29,695 bases of DNA, from NCBI GenBank assembly GCA_039586795.1, contig JBDHJS010000043.1, positions 1-29,695 on the forward strand, written 5' to 3'. The translations under genes and the position numbers were made by a program. Origin of the DNA: Gemmatimonadota bacterium (lineage in GTDB: Bacteria > Gemmatimonadota > Gemmatimonadetes > Palauibacterales > KS3-K002). The notes beneath the pieces were generated by a model. It was not told where the DNA came from and did not search any database. It saw only the letters and a program-made list of their open reading frames with translations. Shown here in pieces: positions 16,053 through 25,774 of this stretch (position 1 is the first letter of the stretch; each line of letters starts with the position of its first letter).

Positions 16053-18215
16053 GTGAACCCGATGTTAGAGAAGAACGAGGCCGTCTCCCCGAATGACGTG
16101 GAGACCACCGCAAACCCGGAACCGACCCAGCCAATCGAAGAGCCGAGCACCAGCGAGGCGACCACGGTAGACGAAGCGCCGGTTCCCGCCGAGCAGGAAA
16201 CCAAAGAACAGCAGGGAGTCGATAAGGCCCGCGCGTTTGGCGCGCGCCGTGACCTGTTCGACGAGGACGAGTACTCCGACGAGGAGTACGAGGACATGCT
16301 GTCGATGTACGATGACACCCTCAAGAATATCGAGGAGGGTGAAATCGTGAAGGCGAAGGTCGTGCGCGTGACGGATAACGCGGCGATCCTCGATCTCGGC
16401 TTCAAATCGGAAGGCTCGGTACCGCTCGACGAATTTCGTTCGGCGGAAGAGGTGGAGCCGGGCGTCGAAGTCGATGTCTTCCTGGAGAAGCTGGAAGACC
16501 AGGAAGGTGTCGTCGTCCTCTCGAAGAAGAAGGCGGACTTCCTCCGCGTCTGGGAGCAGATCAAGACGGCCTACGACGCTGACGAGTCGATCAGAGGCGT
16601 GATTAAGAAGAAGGTGAAGGGTGGGGTGACGGTCGACATCATGGGCGTCGATGCGTTCCTGCCCGGATCGCAAGTGGCGCTACGCCGCGTGCCCAACGTC
16701 GACGAGCTCGTCGGCAACGAATTCGATTTCAAGATTCTCAAGCTCAACAAACGGCGCCGTAACATAGTCGTTTCACGCCGCGTGATTCTCGAGCAGGAGC
16801 GCAGTGAGAAGCGCGAGTCGTTGAAGACGGAGCTCGAGGTCGGTCAGGTCAGAATCGGCACGGTCAAGAACATCACCGACTTTGGCGCGTTCATCGACCT
16901 GGGCGGCATGGACGGTCTGTTGCACATCACCGATATGTCGTGGGGTCGAGTCGGGCACCCGGCCGAGATGTGCAGCATCGGCGACGAGATCGAGGTGAAG
17001 ATCCTCGACATCGATTGGGACCGCGAGCGTATTTCGCTTGGACTCAAGCAGCTGCAGCCGTATCCGTGGAAGGATGTGGAGGCCAAGTACCCGATCGGCG
17101 TCCGCGTGCGTGGCAAAGTGGTATCGATCACGAACTACGGTGCGTTCATCGAATTGGAGCGCGGGGTCGAGGGACTGGTCCATATCTCGGAGATGAGCTG
17201 GACTCGCAACGTGCGTCACCCGTCACAGCTCGTGTCGATCGGCGAAGAGATCGAAGCCGTAGTACTGAAGGTCGATACCGAGGATGAGAAGATCTCACTC
17301 GGCATGAAGCAGGCCGAGGAGGATCCCTGGCTCACGCTGCCCGAGAAGTACCCTCCGGGCACGCGGATCCGCGGCAAGGTGCGGAACCTGACGTCGTTCG
17401 GCGCCTTCGTCGAGGTCGAGCCCGGTATAGATGGCCTGGTGCACGTGTCCGATATGAGCTGGACGAAACGGATTCAGCACCCGTCGGAAGTGCTCAAGAA
17501 GGGTGATGAGGTCGACGTGGTCGTGCTCAGCATCGATGTGGACCAGAAGCGGATCTCGCTGGGTCTCAAGCAGACCGAGGACGATCCCTGGTACAACCTG
17601 GCCCAGACCTACGCGCCGGGCACCGAGACCGAGGGCGTCGCCGTTCGGCTGCTCGACAAGGGCGTCGTCGTCGATCTTGGCGAAGACGTCGAGGGCTTCA
17701 TCCCGGTCTCGCAGATCGTCGAGGACAAGGAGATCCAGAGTCCGAACGAGGTACTGCGTGAGGGCCACAAGCTGAAGATGAAGGTGATGGAGTCGGATCC
17801 GATCAACCGCCGGATCGTTCTCCAGGTAACCGAGGTCCTCGAGGCGCCGCCGGAGCCGCCACCCGAGGCAGAAGTCGAAGCGGCGGAACCGACACCGGAA
17901 GGCGAAGCCGAAGCGGCTGCCGAAGTCGAGGCAGAAGCAGCTGGCGAGGTCGAGGCGGAAGCGGCTGCTGAGGACGAGGCAGAGGCCGAGCCGGCCGTCG
18001 AAGCTGAGGCTGCAGAGGCCGCAGAGGCCGCAGAGGCCGTGGAGGCTGAAGCCGCGACCGAACCTGAGGCGGAAGCGGTTGCAGAGCCAGAAGCCGAAGC
18101 CGAGCCAGAAGTCGAAGCCGCGGCCGATTCCGAGGAGCCGGACGCGAGTGCCGAGGCCGCCGAGGAAGAGGCGCCTGCAGAGGAAGAGTCTGAGGAGGAG
18201 AAGAAGGAGGAGTAG
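16053..18215 (+). CDS. rpsA: 30S ribosomal protein S1 with acidic N- and C-terminal extensions
   Basis: Six S1 repeats (KSEG, AFLPGSQ, FGAFIDLGGMDGLLHITDMSW, EGLVHISEMSW, DGLVHVSDMSW, EGFIPVS). Start is GTG 16053 or ATG 16062. Confidence 0.98.
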   Translation: MNPMLEKNEAVSPNDVETTANPEPTQPIEEPSTSEATTVDEAPVPAEQETKEQQGVDKARAFGARRDLFDEDEYSDEEYEDMLSMYDDTLKNIEEGEIVKAKVVRVTDNAAILDLGFKSEGSVPLDEFRSAEEVEPGVEVDVFLEKLEDQEGVVVLSKKKADFLRVWEQIKTAYDADESIRGVIKKKVKGGVTVDIMGVDAFLPGSQVALRRVPNVDELVGNEFDFKILKLNKRRRNIVVSRRVILEQERSEKRESLKTELEVGQVRIGTVKNITDFGAFIDLGGMDGLLHITDMSWGRVGHPAEMCSIGDEIEVKILDIDWDRERISLGLKQLQPYPWKDVEAKYPIGVRVRGKVVSITNYGAFIELERGVEGLVHISEMSWTRNVRHPSQLVSIGEEIEAVVLKVDTEDEKISLGMKQAEEDPWLTLPEKYPPGTRIRGKVRNLTSFGAFVEVEPGIDGLVHVSDMSWTKRIQHPSEVLKKGDEVDVVVLSIDVDQKRISLGLKQTEDDPWYNLAQTYAPGTETEGVAVRLLDKGVVVDLGEDVEGFIPVSQIVEDKEIQSPNEVLREGHKLKMKVMESDPINRRIVLQVTEVLEAPPEPPPEAEVEAAEPTPEGEAEAAAEVEAEAAGEVEAEAAAEDEAEAEPAVEAEAAEAAEAAEAVEAEAATEPEAEAVAEPEAEAEPEVEAAADSEEPDASAEAAEEEAPAEEESEEEKKEE

Positions 18216-18237
18216 GTACTCCCCTTTTCTTAGAGGA

Positions 18238-18268
18238 ACAAAAGGGCGGATTTCATCCGCCCTTTTGT
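18238..18268 (+). terminator. Rho-independent terminator after rpsA (could act on both strands)
   Basis: ACAAAAGGGCGGAT-TTC-ATCCGCCCTTTTGT: perfect 14-bp stem with A/T-rich flanks. Confidence 0.9.
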
Positions 18269-18269
18269 A

Positions 18270-18504
18270 TATTTGGACAGCGAACACCCGACAGCCGTCG
18301 CTCGACGTCCGAGGACAATTCGTCGATCGACGTCCGACGCCCGACGAGCTTGGCGCGACGTTGTCCGACGCGCGTGGAACGACGAACATCGGAAGCCGAA
18401 CAGTCCTCGTGCGTCGATACTCGGCTGTCCGCTGTCGGCTGTCGAAATAGTCCGAACGTCGACCGCCCCCAATCCCAATCGGGCGTCGACTGCCGACCGT
18501 CGAG
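18270..18504. repeat. Palindromic heptamer-repeat element (copy 2 of the 4148-4464 family)
   Basis: Imperfect IR of about 53 bp, 18270-18322 / 18397-18449. 18395-18450 is 48/56 identical to 4365-4420, and both copies end GAACGTCGACC...GACCGTCGAG. Confidence 0.85.
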
Positions 18505-18548
18505 ACAAGACCTTTCCTATGAAGCAGAACCGTTCTAACATTCGGCCG

Positions 18549-20390
18549 ATGAATCAGGCAAGAAAGCAGATCTGGAAGCGCCGACTCGCCGGCGCCGCGG
18601 TGCTGGCAGCAGCCGGTTTTGGCCTGACCTGCGCCAGCACGCCGGGTCCCGTCGACACAGCGCCGGCTGGGTCCGGCACCCCCGAGCCCGTCTCCCGCGA
18701 CGCGACCGAGCGGGATCGTTTCGCCGCCGCGATCTACCGGCAGGCGGAGGACGCCTTCGAGGCCGCCAACTATGTGGCGGCGGAGTCGATCTCCAGCGGC
18801 CTGATCGCGGAGTACGACGATACGCGTTGGCTTGGTCCCGGCCTGTTGCTCTCCGCCCAGTCGCTGCTTGAGCTCAACCAACTCGAGGACGCCCGTCAAA
18901 CGGCGGGTCGATATCTGCGGCTTTATCGGGCCGCGGATCCGGAGCGGGCGCCGGGCCTCATCCTGGTAGCGCGGACGCTCTACGTCGAAGGTTCGGCCGT
19001 GGAGGCGGCAGACACGCTGCTCGCCACGCCAACCGACCTCGACGACGAACGCGAGGCGGCAGCGCAGATGGCGCGCCAAGTCGTCGGCGACCTGGGACTG
19101 GGAGAGATCGAGGCGGTCTCGGCACGTTGGCCGTCATATCATCCGCTGCAAACCGTGTTCAGGGTGGAGCGGGCATCGCTACTTCTCGTCGCCGGTCATC
19201 GCGACAGCGCGCGACACGTGGCCGGTACAGTGCTGGAAGCGAATCCCTTGGGACCGGAACGTGACCGGGCGCGGGCCATCGAGTCGGGCGAGATCGAGGA
19301 AGAGCAGTGGCGGCCGATCATCGGCGCCATCCTGCCACTCAGCGGCCCGCTCGCCCGCTACGGACAAGCGGCGCGAGAGGGAATCGAGCTGGCGGTAGAC
19401 GAATACAATCGGCGCCACTATGACCCGGTCACTCTGATCGTGCGCGACGATGGGGACGATTGGGAGCGCGACGGCGAGCTGATCCGCGAATTGGAGGAGC
19501 TGGGTGCGGTGGCGATCATCGGGCCGCTGCGCGCCGAAGGCCTCGAGGAAGCGGCGCGGCGACGACGCGATCGGGATCTGGTGATCGTCAGCCCAACGGC
19601 GGACGAGAACTACTCCTTCGCTCGCAATACGTACTCGGTGTGGAGCACCACCGAGCGGGTTACCCGCGGCGCCCGCGCGGTCGCGGCGTTTGCCGTCAGG
19701 GATCTACAGGTCGATCGCTTCGGCGTCATGTACCCGAATACTCGCGAGGGGCGGGAGCAACTGGCATCGTTCGTCGACGCCGTGCGAGCGCGCGGCGCGC
19801 AGATCGTGGCGTCGATCGCTTACGACGATACGGCGACCACGTTCCAGGAGCCGCTGACTTTCCTCGGCGAGGCGGAAGCGCAGGCGATCTACGCGCCCGC
19901 CGCCAGCGTCGGCAGCGTGATTCAGATGGCCCCGCAGTTTTCCTACTACGGACTGCGCGGCACCCAGGTGCTGGGCGACTCGGATTGGGCCGACCCCACC
20001 GTACTTCGCCTGGTCGAGCCGCGCTTCATCAACGGTACGGTCATCTCCACCTTCCTGTACCGCTCCAGCCCGGCCGTTCGCTGGCCCGAGTTCGTGGAGA
20101 TGTACGAGCGGAAGTACAGAAAGGGGCTGCGAGGCGACATGATGCCGGCTCTGGCCTACGATGCCACCGAGCTCATCCTCGAGGCGCTGCCCTGGGGCTA
20201 CCCGCGGCGCTCGGCCATCGCCCGGTCGTTCCGCGGCATTCGGAGCTTGCCCGGCGCGACCGGTGTCTTTTCGGTGGAAGGCGGATCCATAACGCGTCGA
20301 CCCTTCCTGCTCCAGTTCAAGGACGGCGAGCTGGTTCCGGCGTACGATGAGCTGCGGCGGACCCAAATGGAGGAGGATGCGGGGCAATGA
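18549..20390 (+). CDS. LpoA/LppC-like lipoprotein (TPR-like N-terminus + type 1 periplasmic-binding-fold C-terminus)
   Basis: Basic N-terminus, hydrophobic stretch and GLTC (possible lipobox); TPR-like helices; [27 protein letters not shown] and GATGVFS. The ORF-track extension from 18273 is read through the repeat element. Confidence 0.75.
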   Translation: MNQARKQIWKRRLAGAAVLAAAGFGLTCASTPGPVDTAPAGSGTPEPVSRDATERDRFAAAIYRQAEDAFEAANYVAAESISSGLIAEYDDTRWLGPGLLLSAQSLLELNQLEDARQTAGRYLRLYRAADPERAPGLILVARTLYVEGSAVEAADTLLATPTDLDDEREAAAQMARQVVGDLGLGEIEAVSARWPSYHPLQTVFRVERASLLLVAGHRDSARHVAGTVLEANPLGPERDRARAIESGEIEEEQWRPIIGAILPLSGPLARYGQAAREGIELAVDEYNRRHYDPVTLIVRDDGDDWERDGELIRELEELGAVAIIGPLRAEGLEEAARRRRDRDLVIVSPTADENYSFARNTYSVWSTTERVTRGARAVAAFAVRDLQVDRFGVMYPNTREGREQLASFVDAVRARGAQIVASIAYDDTATTFQEPLTFLGEAEAQAIYAPAASVGSVIQMAPQFSYYGLRGTQVLGDSDWADPTVLRLVEPRFINGTVISTFLYRSSPAVRWPEFVEMYERKYRKGLRGDMMPALAYDATELILEALPWGYPRRSAIARSFRGIRSLPGATGVFSVEGGSITRRPFLLQFKDGELVPAYDELRRTQMEEDAGQ

Positions 20391-21937
20391 CGATGCGCGA
20401 CAAGCTGAAGCGCCTGGAAGAGCTGAAGAGCCAGTCCGAGTTGGGGGGCGGCGCGGAGCGCATCAAGGTACAGCACGAGAAGGGCAAGCTGACAGCGCGG
20501 GAGCGACTCGACCTGCTCCTCGACGAGGGCTCGTTCCGCGAGTTCGATCGCTTCGTCACGCACCGCGCTAGCGAGTTCGGCCTGGCGGAGAAGAAGATCC
20601 TGGGCGACGGCGTCGTCACCGGGATGGGCAGGATCGACGGTCGCCAGGTACTGGTGTTCTCCCAGGACTTCACCGTCTTTGGCGGATCGCTGTCCGAGGC
20701 CCACGCCGAGAAGATCTGCAAGGTCATGGACATGGCGATGAAGGTGGGCTGTCCGGTCATCGGTCTCAACGACTCGGGCGGTGCCCGCATACAGGAGGGC
20801 GTCACTTCGCTGGGTGGCTACGCCGAGATCTTCTGGCGAAATACGCAGGCGTCGGGCGTCGTTCCGCAGATCAGCGTCGTGTTGGGCCCCTGCGCCGGCG
20901 GCGCCGTCTACTCGCCGGCGATCACCGACTTCATCTATATGGTCGACGGGACCTCGTACATGTTCGTCACAGGACCGGATGTAGTGAAGACCGTGACGCA
21001 TGAGGAGGTCGACTTCGAGTACCTGGGCGGCGCGCAGATGCACGGCGAGACGTCGGGTGTCGCGCATTTCGTCTCCGAGTCCGAGCCCGCCTGCCTGGAG
21101 CACGTTCGACGACTCTTCCACTACATTCCGCAAAACAACATGGACGACCCACCGATGGGGCCGGGGGACGACCCGCCCGATCGGATGGACGAGAAGCTAT
21201 TGGATATCGTTCCCGACAACCCGAACAAGCCGTACGATGTCCATGAGGTGATCCAGCGGATCGTCGATCGCGACAGCTTCTACGAAGTGCACGCCGACTA
21301 TGCCAGGAACATCGTCGTCGGCTTTGCCCACCTGGGTGGCCGGTCGGTGGGCATCATCGCCAACCAGGCGGCCGAGCTGGCCGGCGTGCTGCACATCGAC
21401 AGCTCCCTGAAGGGCGCGCGCTTCGTCCGCTTCTGTGATGCGTTCAACATCCCGATCGTGACCTTCGAGGATGTGCCCGGCTTTTTGCCCGGTGTGGGAC
21501 AAGAGCACGGCGGGATCATCAAGCACGGCGCCAAGCTGTTGTATGCCTACTCGGAAGCGACGGTGCCGAAGTTCACCGTAATTCTGCGGAAAGCGTACGG
21601 CGGTGCCTATGACGTCATGAACTCCAAGCACATCCGCGGCGACTTCAACTACGCCTGGCCCACGGCGGAGATCGCCGTGATGGGTCCCAAGGGCGCTGTC
21701 GAAATCATGTACCGCCGGCAAATCGCCGAGTCGAAAGACTCGCAGGCGGAAACGGATCGCCTGATGGCGGAGTACCGGGAGCAGTTCTCGCATCCCTACA
21801 TCGCCGCGTCGCGTGGCTACCTCGACGATGTGATCGACCCGCGGGAGACCCGACCGCGGCTCATCGAAGCGCTCAGCATCACGAAGAACAAGCGCGAGCC
21901 CGGTCCGCCGCGAAAGCACGGCAACATCCCGCTCTGA
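20387..21937 (+). CDS. pccB: Acyl-CoA (propionyl/methylmalonyl-CoA) carboxylase carboxyltransferase beta subunit
   Basis: [53 protein letters not shown] and KHGNIPL. Confidence 0.95.
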   Translation: MTMRDKLKRLEELKSQSELGGGAERIKVQHEKGKLTARERLDLLLDEGSFREFDRFVTHRASEFGLAEKKILGDGVVTGMGRIDGRQVLVFSQDFTVFGGSLSEAHAEKICKVMDMAMKVGCPVIGLNDSGGARIQEGVTSLGGYAEIFWRNTQASGVVPQISVVLGPCAGGAVYSPAITDFIYMVDGTSYMFVTGPDVVKTVTHEEVDFEYLGGAQMHGETSGVAHFVSESEPACLEHVRRLFHYIPQNNMDDPPMGPGDDPPDRMDEKLLDIVPDNPNKPYDVHEVIQRIVDRDSFYEVHADYARNIVVGFAHLGGRSVGIIANQAAELAGVLHIDSSLKGARFVRFCDAFNIPIVTFEDVPGFLPGVGQEHGGIIKHGAKLLYAYSEATVPKFTVILRKAYGGAYDVMNSKHIRGDFNYAWPTAEIAVMGPKGAVEIMYRRQIAESKDSQAETDRLMAEYREQFSHPYIAASRGYLDDVIDPRETRPRLIEALSITKNKREPGPPRKHGNIPL

Positions 21938-23448
21938 TGCTGAAGAAAGTCCTCGTCGCCAACCGAGGTGAGATCGCCGTACGCATTATCCGGGCGTGCC
22001 GCGAGCTGGGCATCGAAACCGTCGCCGTCTACTCTGAAGTCGACCGGCTGGCCCCGCATGTCTGGCTGGCCGATGAGGCCTACGAGATCGGTCCCGCCCG
22101 GGCCGCCGAGAGCTACCTGTCCATCGTCCGCTTGCTGAACGCCGCGACGCTGTCCGGCGCCGATGCGATTCACCCGGGCTACGGTTTCCTTGCCGAGAAC
22201 GCCGACTTCGCTGGCGCCGTGGAAGAGGCAGGCCTGGTATTCATTGGGCCGACCGCCGATACCATCGCGCTGATGGGCGACAAGACGGAAGCTCGAAAGG
22301 CGATGCAGGCGGCCGGTGTGCCCGTCGTCCCCGGGACCACGGATGCCCTGGAAGACCTGTCTGAGGTCCGCCGGGTCTGCGGGGAGGTTGGCTACCCGGT
22401 GCTGCTCAAAGCGGCGGCGGGCGGGGGCGGCAAGGGGATGCGGCGGGTGGATAGCGAGGATGAGCTGGAGTCGGCGTTCGGCGGAGCGCAACGTGAAGCG
22501 CAGGCGGCGTTCTCGGATTCACGGGTCTATGTGGAGAAGTATCTGCTCAATCCACGGCATATCGAGTTTCAGATTCTGGCGGACGCGCACGGCAAAGTCA
22601 TTCACCTGAACGAGCGGGAGTGCTCGATCCAGCGTCGTCATCAGAAGCTGATCGAGGAATGCCCGTCGCCGGTGATGACGCCGGAACTGAGGGCGCAAAT
22701 GGGTGAGCAGGCGGTGGCCGCGGCGCGCGGAGCCAACTACCGAGGCGCAGGGACTGTCGAGTTCATGTACGCGAACGGCGAGTTCTATTTCCTGGAGATG
22801 AACACGCGACTTCAGGTCGAGCACCCGATCACCGAGATGACTACGGGGATCGACCTGGTCCACGCGCAGCTACGCATCGCCGCCGGCCAACCTCTCGATA
22901 TTGAGAACGTTCCGCCGGTCGGCCATGCCATCGAGTGCCGAATCAATGCCGAGGACCCGTTCGACGGGTTTCTGCCAGCGGGTGGACGGATCGAGCACCT
23001 TAGGGCGCCCGGTGGTTTGGGGGTCCGCTGGGACGCGGGCATCGTGCAGGGCACGGAGATCGGCCTTCATTACGATCCGCTGGTCGCGAAGCTCGTCACC
23101 TACGGCGAGGACCGGAACGCCGCCATCGCCCGCATGGCCCGGGCTCTGGACGAGCTGTTGATCGACGGAGTTCCCACTATCGCTCCTTTCCACCGCCGCG
23201 TGATGGACGAAGCGGACTTTCGCGCCGGCGACTTCCACACCGGTTATCTGGATGAGCATCCCGATCTGCTGAACGGCGTTGACGACACTGAACGGCTGCG
23301 CGCCGTTGCACTCGTCGCCGCGATGCTCGAAGACAGAGAGCGCTCCAAGGTTCGGGTCGATGACGGAGAGACTCGCGGACAGAGCGCCAGCGCCTGGAAT
23401 CGACCGAGCGGCGGCTGGTCCGGTCGCGGCTGGTCCATTCGCCGCTAA
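21937..23448 (+). CDS. accC: Biotin carboxylase subunit of acyl-CoA carboxylase (no fused biotinyl domain)
   Basis: ANRGEIA, HPGYGFLAEN, GGGGKGMR, RECSIQRRHQK, EMNTRLQVEHP and ECRINAEDP; TGATG coupling to pccB. Confidence 0.95.
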   Translation: MLKKVLVANRGEIAVRIIRACRELGIETVAVYSEVDRLAPHVWLADEAYEIGPARAAESYLSIVRLLNAATLSGADAIHPGYGFLAENADFAGAVEEAGLVFIGPTADTIALMGDKTEARKAMQAAGVPVVPGTTDALEDLSEVRRVCGEVGYPVLLKAAAGGGGKGMRRVDSEDELESAFGGAQREAQAAFSDSRVYVEKYLLNPRHIEFQILADAHGKVIHLNERECSIQRRHQKLIEECPSPVMTPELRAQMGEQAVAAARGANYRGAGTVEFMYANGEFYFLEMNTRLQVEHPITEMTTGIDLVHAQLRIAAGQPLDIENVPPVGHAIECRINAEDPFDGFLPAGGRIEHLRAPGGLGVRWDAGIVQGTEIGLHYDPLVAKLVTYGEDRNAAIARMARALDELLIDGVPTIAPFHRRVMDEADFRAGDFHTGYLDEHPDLLNGVDDTERLRAVALVAAMLEDRERSKVRVDDGETRGQSASAWNRPSGGWSGRGWSIRR

Positions 23449-23452
23449 TCCG

Positions 23453-24724
23453 TTGGACAACATCACCGTTCAAATCGATTCGATCATCGCCGGCGGCGAT
23501 GGACTGGCTCGTCAGCCCGATGGGCCCGTCGTCTTCGTCCCCCGCACGGCGCCCGGCGATCGCGTCGAAGTCGAGATCGTCGAACAACACAAGCAGTGGG
23601 CCCGGGGCAGGGCGCTTCGAATCACCGAGCCGGGCCCAGCTCGCCGCGACGCACCCTGCCCGGTCTACGAGGCGTGCGGAGGCTGCCAGTTACAGCATCT
23701 GGACTACGAGGCGCAGTTGAAGGCAAAGTCCGACATCATCTCGGACGCCCTTCGCCGCCTGGGCGGCATCGAGATCGAGTCGCCCGTCGTCACCGCCTCG
23801 CCACGCCAGCTGGGCTATCGGAATAGGATCACGTTCACCCTGCGGAGGCACCCGGATGGTGTCGTGGCGGGCTTCCACGGCCTGGCGGATCCGGACCGTA
23901 TCGTAGCGGTGGATCGCTGCCCGTTGGCCGAAGACACGCTGAACGAGCTGTGGGAATCACTTCGAGCAAACTGGGCGCCTAACGCAGATAACCTTCCACC
24001 AGGCAACGAGTTACGCCTCACGCTTAGAGCGAGTTCTACCGGCGAACTGGGCCTTGCCGTCGAGGGTGGGGAGGACTATGGGGACCCGGAAACGCTGCTC
24101 GAGACGGTTCCCGGGCTCCGCTCCCTGTGGTCGGTGGACGAGGACGGGGCGATCGACTGGTACGCCGGCGAGGCATGGCTGAAGGAGCGCTGGGGCGAGC
24201 AGACGTTCGGCGTCGCCGGGCTGTCGTTCGTGCAGGTGAACCGGGAAGCGGCCGAGTCTCTCGAGTCGTACGTGATGGAGCAGTGTGGCGATGTCTCCGG
24301 GCGTCGAGTCATCGACGGCTACTGCGGATTCGGGCTTCGGTCGATGCGGCTCGCCTGGGCGGGTGCCCGAGTCGTCGGGATCGACGCGGATGAGGATGCG
24401 ATCGACGCGGCGGGGGCGGCGGCGGCCGAGTCGGGCGCCGCGGCACGATTCGTTGCGGCGCCGTTGGAGGAAGCGCTGCGAACAGAACTCCCGGCCGATC
24501 TCGTGCTGCTCAATCCGCCACGGCGGGGCGTGGACCGCCAGGTCGTGGAAGCGCTGTTGAAGAAGCCGCCGGAGAGCGTCGTCTACATCAGTTGCGATCC
24601 GGCGACGTTGGCCCGGGACCTGAAGATGTTGTCGGCGTCGTTCAAGCTGACAGCTTGCCGCGGTTTTGACCTGTTTCCGCAGACCGCCCACGTCGAGACG
24701 GTTGTCTCATTGGCACGCAAATGA
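23453..24724 (+). CDS. rlmD: TrmA/RlmD family RNA (uracil-C5) methyltransferase with TRAM domain
   Basis: TRAM-like N-terminus, CPVYEACGGCQLQH Fe-S motif, GYRNR, SFVQVN, NPPRRG, YISCDPATLARD and DLFPQTAHVE. Start inferred at TTG 23453, just after the accC stop. Confidence 0.88.
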   Translation: MDNITVQIDSIIAGGDGLARQPDGPVVFVPRTAPGDRVEVEIVEQHKQWARGRALRITEPGPARRDAPCPVYEACGGCQLQHLDYEAQLKAKSDIISDALRRLGGIEIESPVVTASPRQLGYRNRITFTLRRHPDGVVAGFHGLADPDRIVAVDRCPLAEDTLNELWESLRANWAPNADNLPPGNELRLTLRASSTGELGLAVEGGEDYGDPETLLETVPGLRSLWSVDEDGAIDWYAGEAWLKERWGEQTFGVAGLSFVQVNREAAESLESYVMEQCGDVSGRRVIDGYCGFGLRSMRLAWAGARVVGIDADEDAIDAAGAAAAESGAAARFVAAPLEEALRTELPADLVLLNPPRRGVDRQVVEALLKKPPESVVYISCDPATLARDLKMLSASFKLTACRGFDLFPQTAHVETVVSLARK

Positions 24725-24733
24725 GTTGAGCGC

Positions 24734-25774
24734 CTACCACTTGTAACCGATCGTGAATTCGGTTCCGAAGTCATTGACGGACTGGCCGCCGTCCGGGTCA
24801 CCGCTGTCAAACTCATCGAAGATGTTGAAGCCGACGGTGAAGTCGCTGAGCAACTCGTAGGATAGGCGGGCGCGGAAGCTGATTCGCACACGGCCGAAGG
24901 TGGTCAGGTTGGGGAATACGGACAGGTAGGCGTCGATGTCGGTCTTGGGGCTGTCGAACAGGAAGTAAGCGGCCTCTCCCCCGATGACAGCCTCGAGGTT
25001 GTTGGTTCTCTCCGTTGAGCCGGTTTTCAACTCATTCGTGTAGTTCAGACCGGCCAGCGATTGCAGGAGCCCCTTGTTGGTCCTGATGAAGAATAGGCCA
25101 GCGCCGCCGAGAACGTTTACACGAAGGTCCAGGTTAAGTTGCGTGTTCTGTTCAAGCCCGAGGCCGCCAATGTAGAACCACGACCCCTTCACGGCCCGTT
25201 GGTAGGAACCGTTGACCGTGTTACGAGATGTCTCGTCCGCGGCCTCCTGGGTCTGAAAATAGAAGCTGTAGTCAAATCGCGTTATCGCCCTCTGCGCGCG
25301 ATGCCTGACGTAGCCCGTGAGCGAGTACTCCAGCAATCGGTTCGCCTTCTGGTAGTTGAAGCCGAGGTCGACCCGTCCGTCGAGGCGTTCCCAGAAGGTG
25401 GTCTCGATCGGGATGATCCGGACCACCGACTGCATGCGAAGTGTGTCGGAGAACTCGGCGACGGCGACCACCATGAAGCCCGGCTCAGCGCCCTCTTGGA
25501 TCGCGCCGAAATAGCGATCGCCACTGCCGGTCTCGATCTCGAAGAAATGAGTACTGACGAGCCGGCGAATTTGCAGCCACTCGACGGAGATCGTCCCCAT
25601 GTCATCCGTCGAGTAGGAGAGCTTGCCGCGCTGCAGTTCCTTTATCTCGCCGGTGATCTCATCGCCGTTCCTCAGCGTGAGCGTGTCGGTCTTCTGTGCC
25701 TGGAGCGGCGCCGCGATTCCCAGCAAAGCTGCGAAGGCGAGTAATGCACCGGTGGCTAGACGGGTGTTTAGCAC
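24734..25774 (-). CDS. DUF481 family outer-membrane beta-barrel protein
   Basis: Signal peptide LQA-Q, N-terminal DTLTLRNGDEITG domain, amphipathic beta-strands and C-terminal IGYKW beta-signal. Confidence 0.8.
   Translation of the reverse strand: MLNTRLATGALLAFAALLGIAAPLQAQKTDTLTLRNGDEITGEIKELQRGKLSYSTDDMGTISVEWLQIRRLVSTHFFEIETGSGDRYFGAIQEGAEPGFMVVAVAEFSDTLRMQSVVRIIPIETTFWERLDGRVDLGFNYQKANRLLEYSLTGYVRHRAQRAITRFDYSFYFQTQEAADETSRNTVNGSYQRAVKGSWFYIGGLGLEQNTQLNLDLRVNVLGGAGLFFIRTNKGLLQSLAGLNYTNELKTGSTERTNNLEAVIGGEAAYFLFDSPKTDIDAYLSVFPNLTTFGRVRISFRARLSYELLSDFTVGFNIFDEFDSGDPDGGQSVNDFGTEFTIGYKW

Noticed and set aside
18273..18548. ORF-track N-terminal extension of the lipoprotein
   Set aside because: Reads through the palindromic repeat; the signal peptide only makes sense from ATG 18549 (or 18519).
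17295..19079. 594-aa minus-strand ORF
   Set aside because: Antisense to rpsA, its repetitive tail, the terminator and the lipoprotein gene; no coherent domain.
23279..23452. ORF-track N-terminal extension of rlmD overlapping accC
   Set aside because: TRAM-like sequence begins right after the accC stop at TTG 23453.
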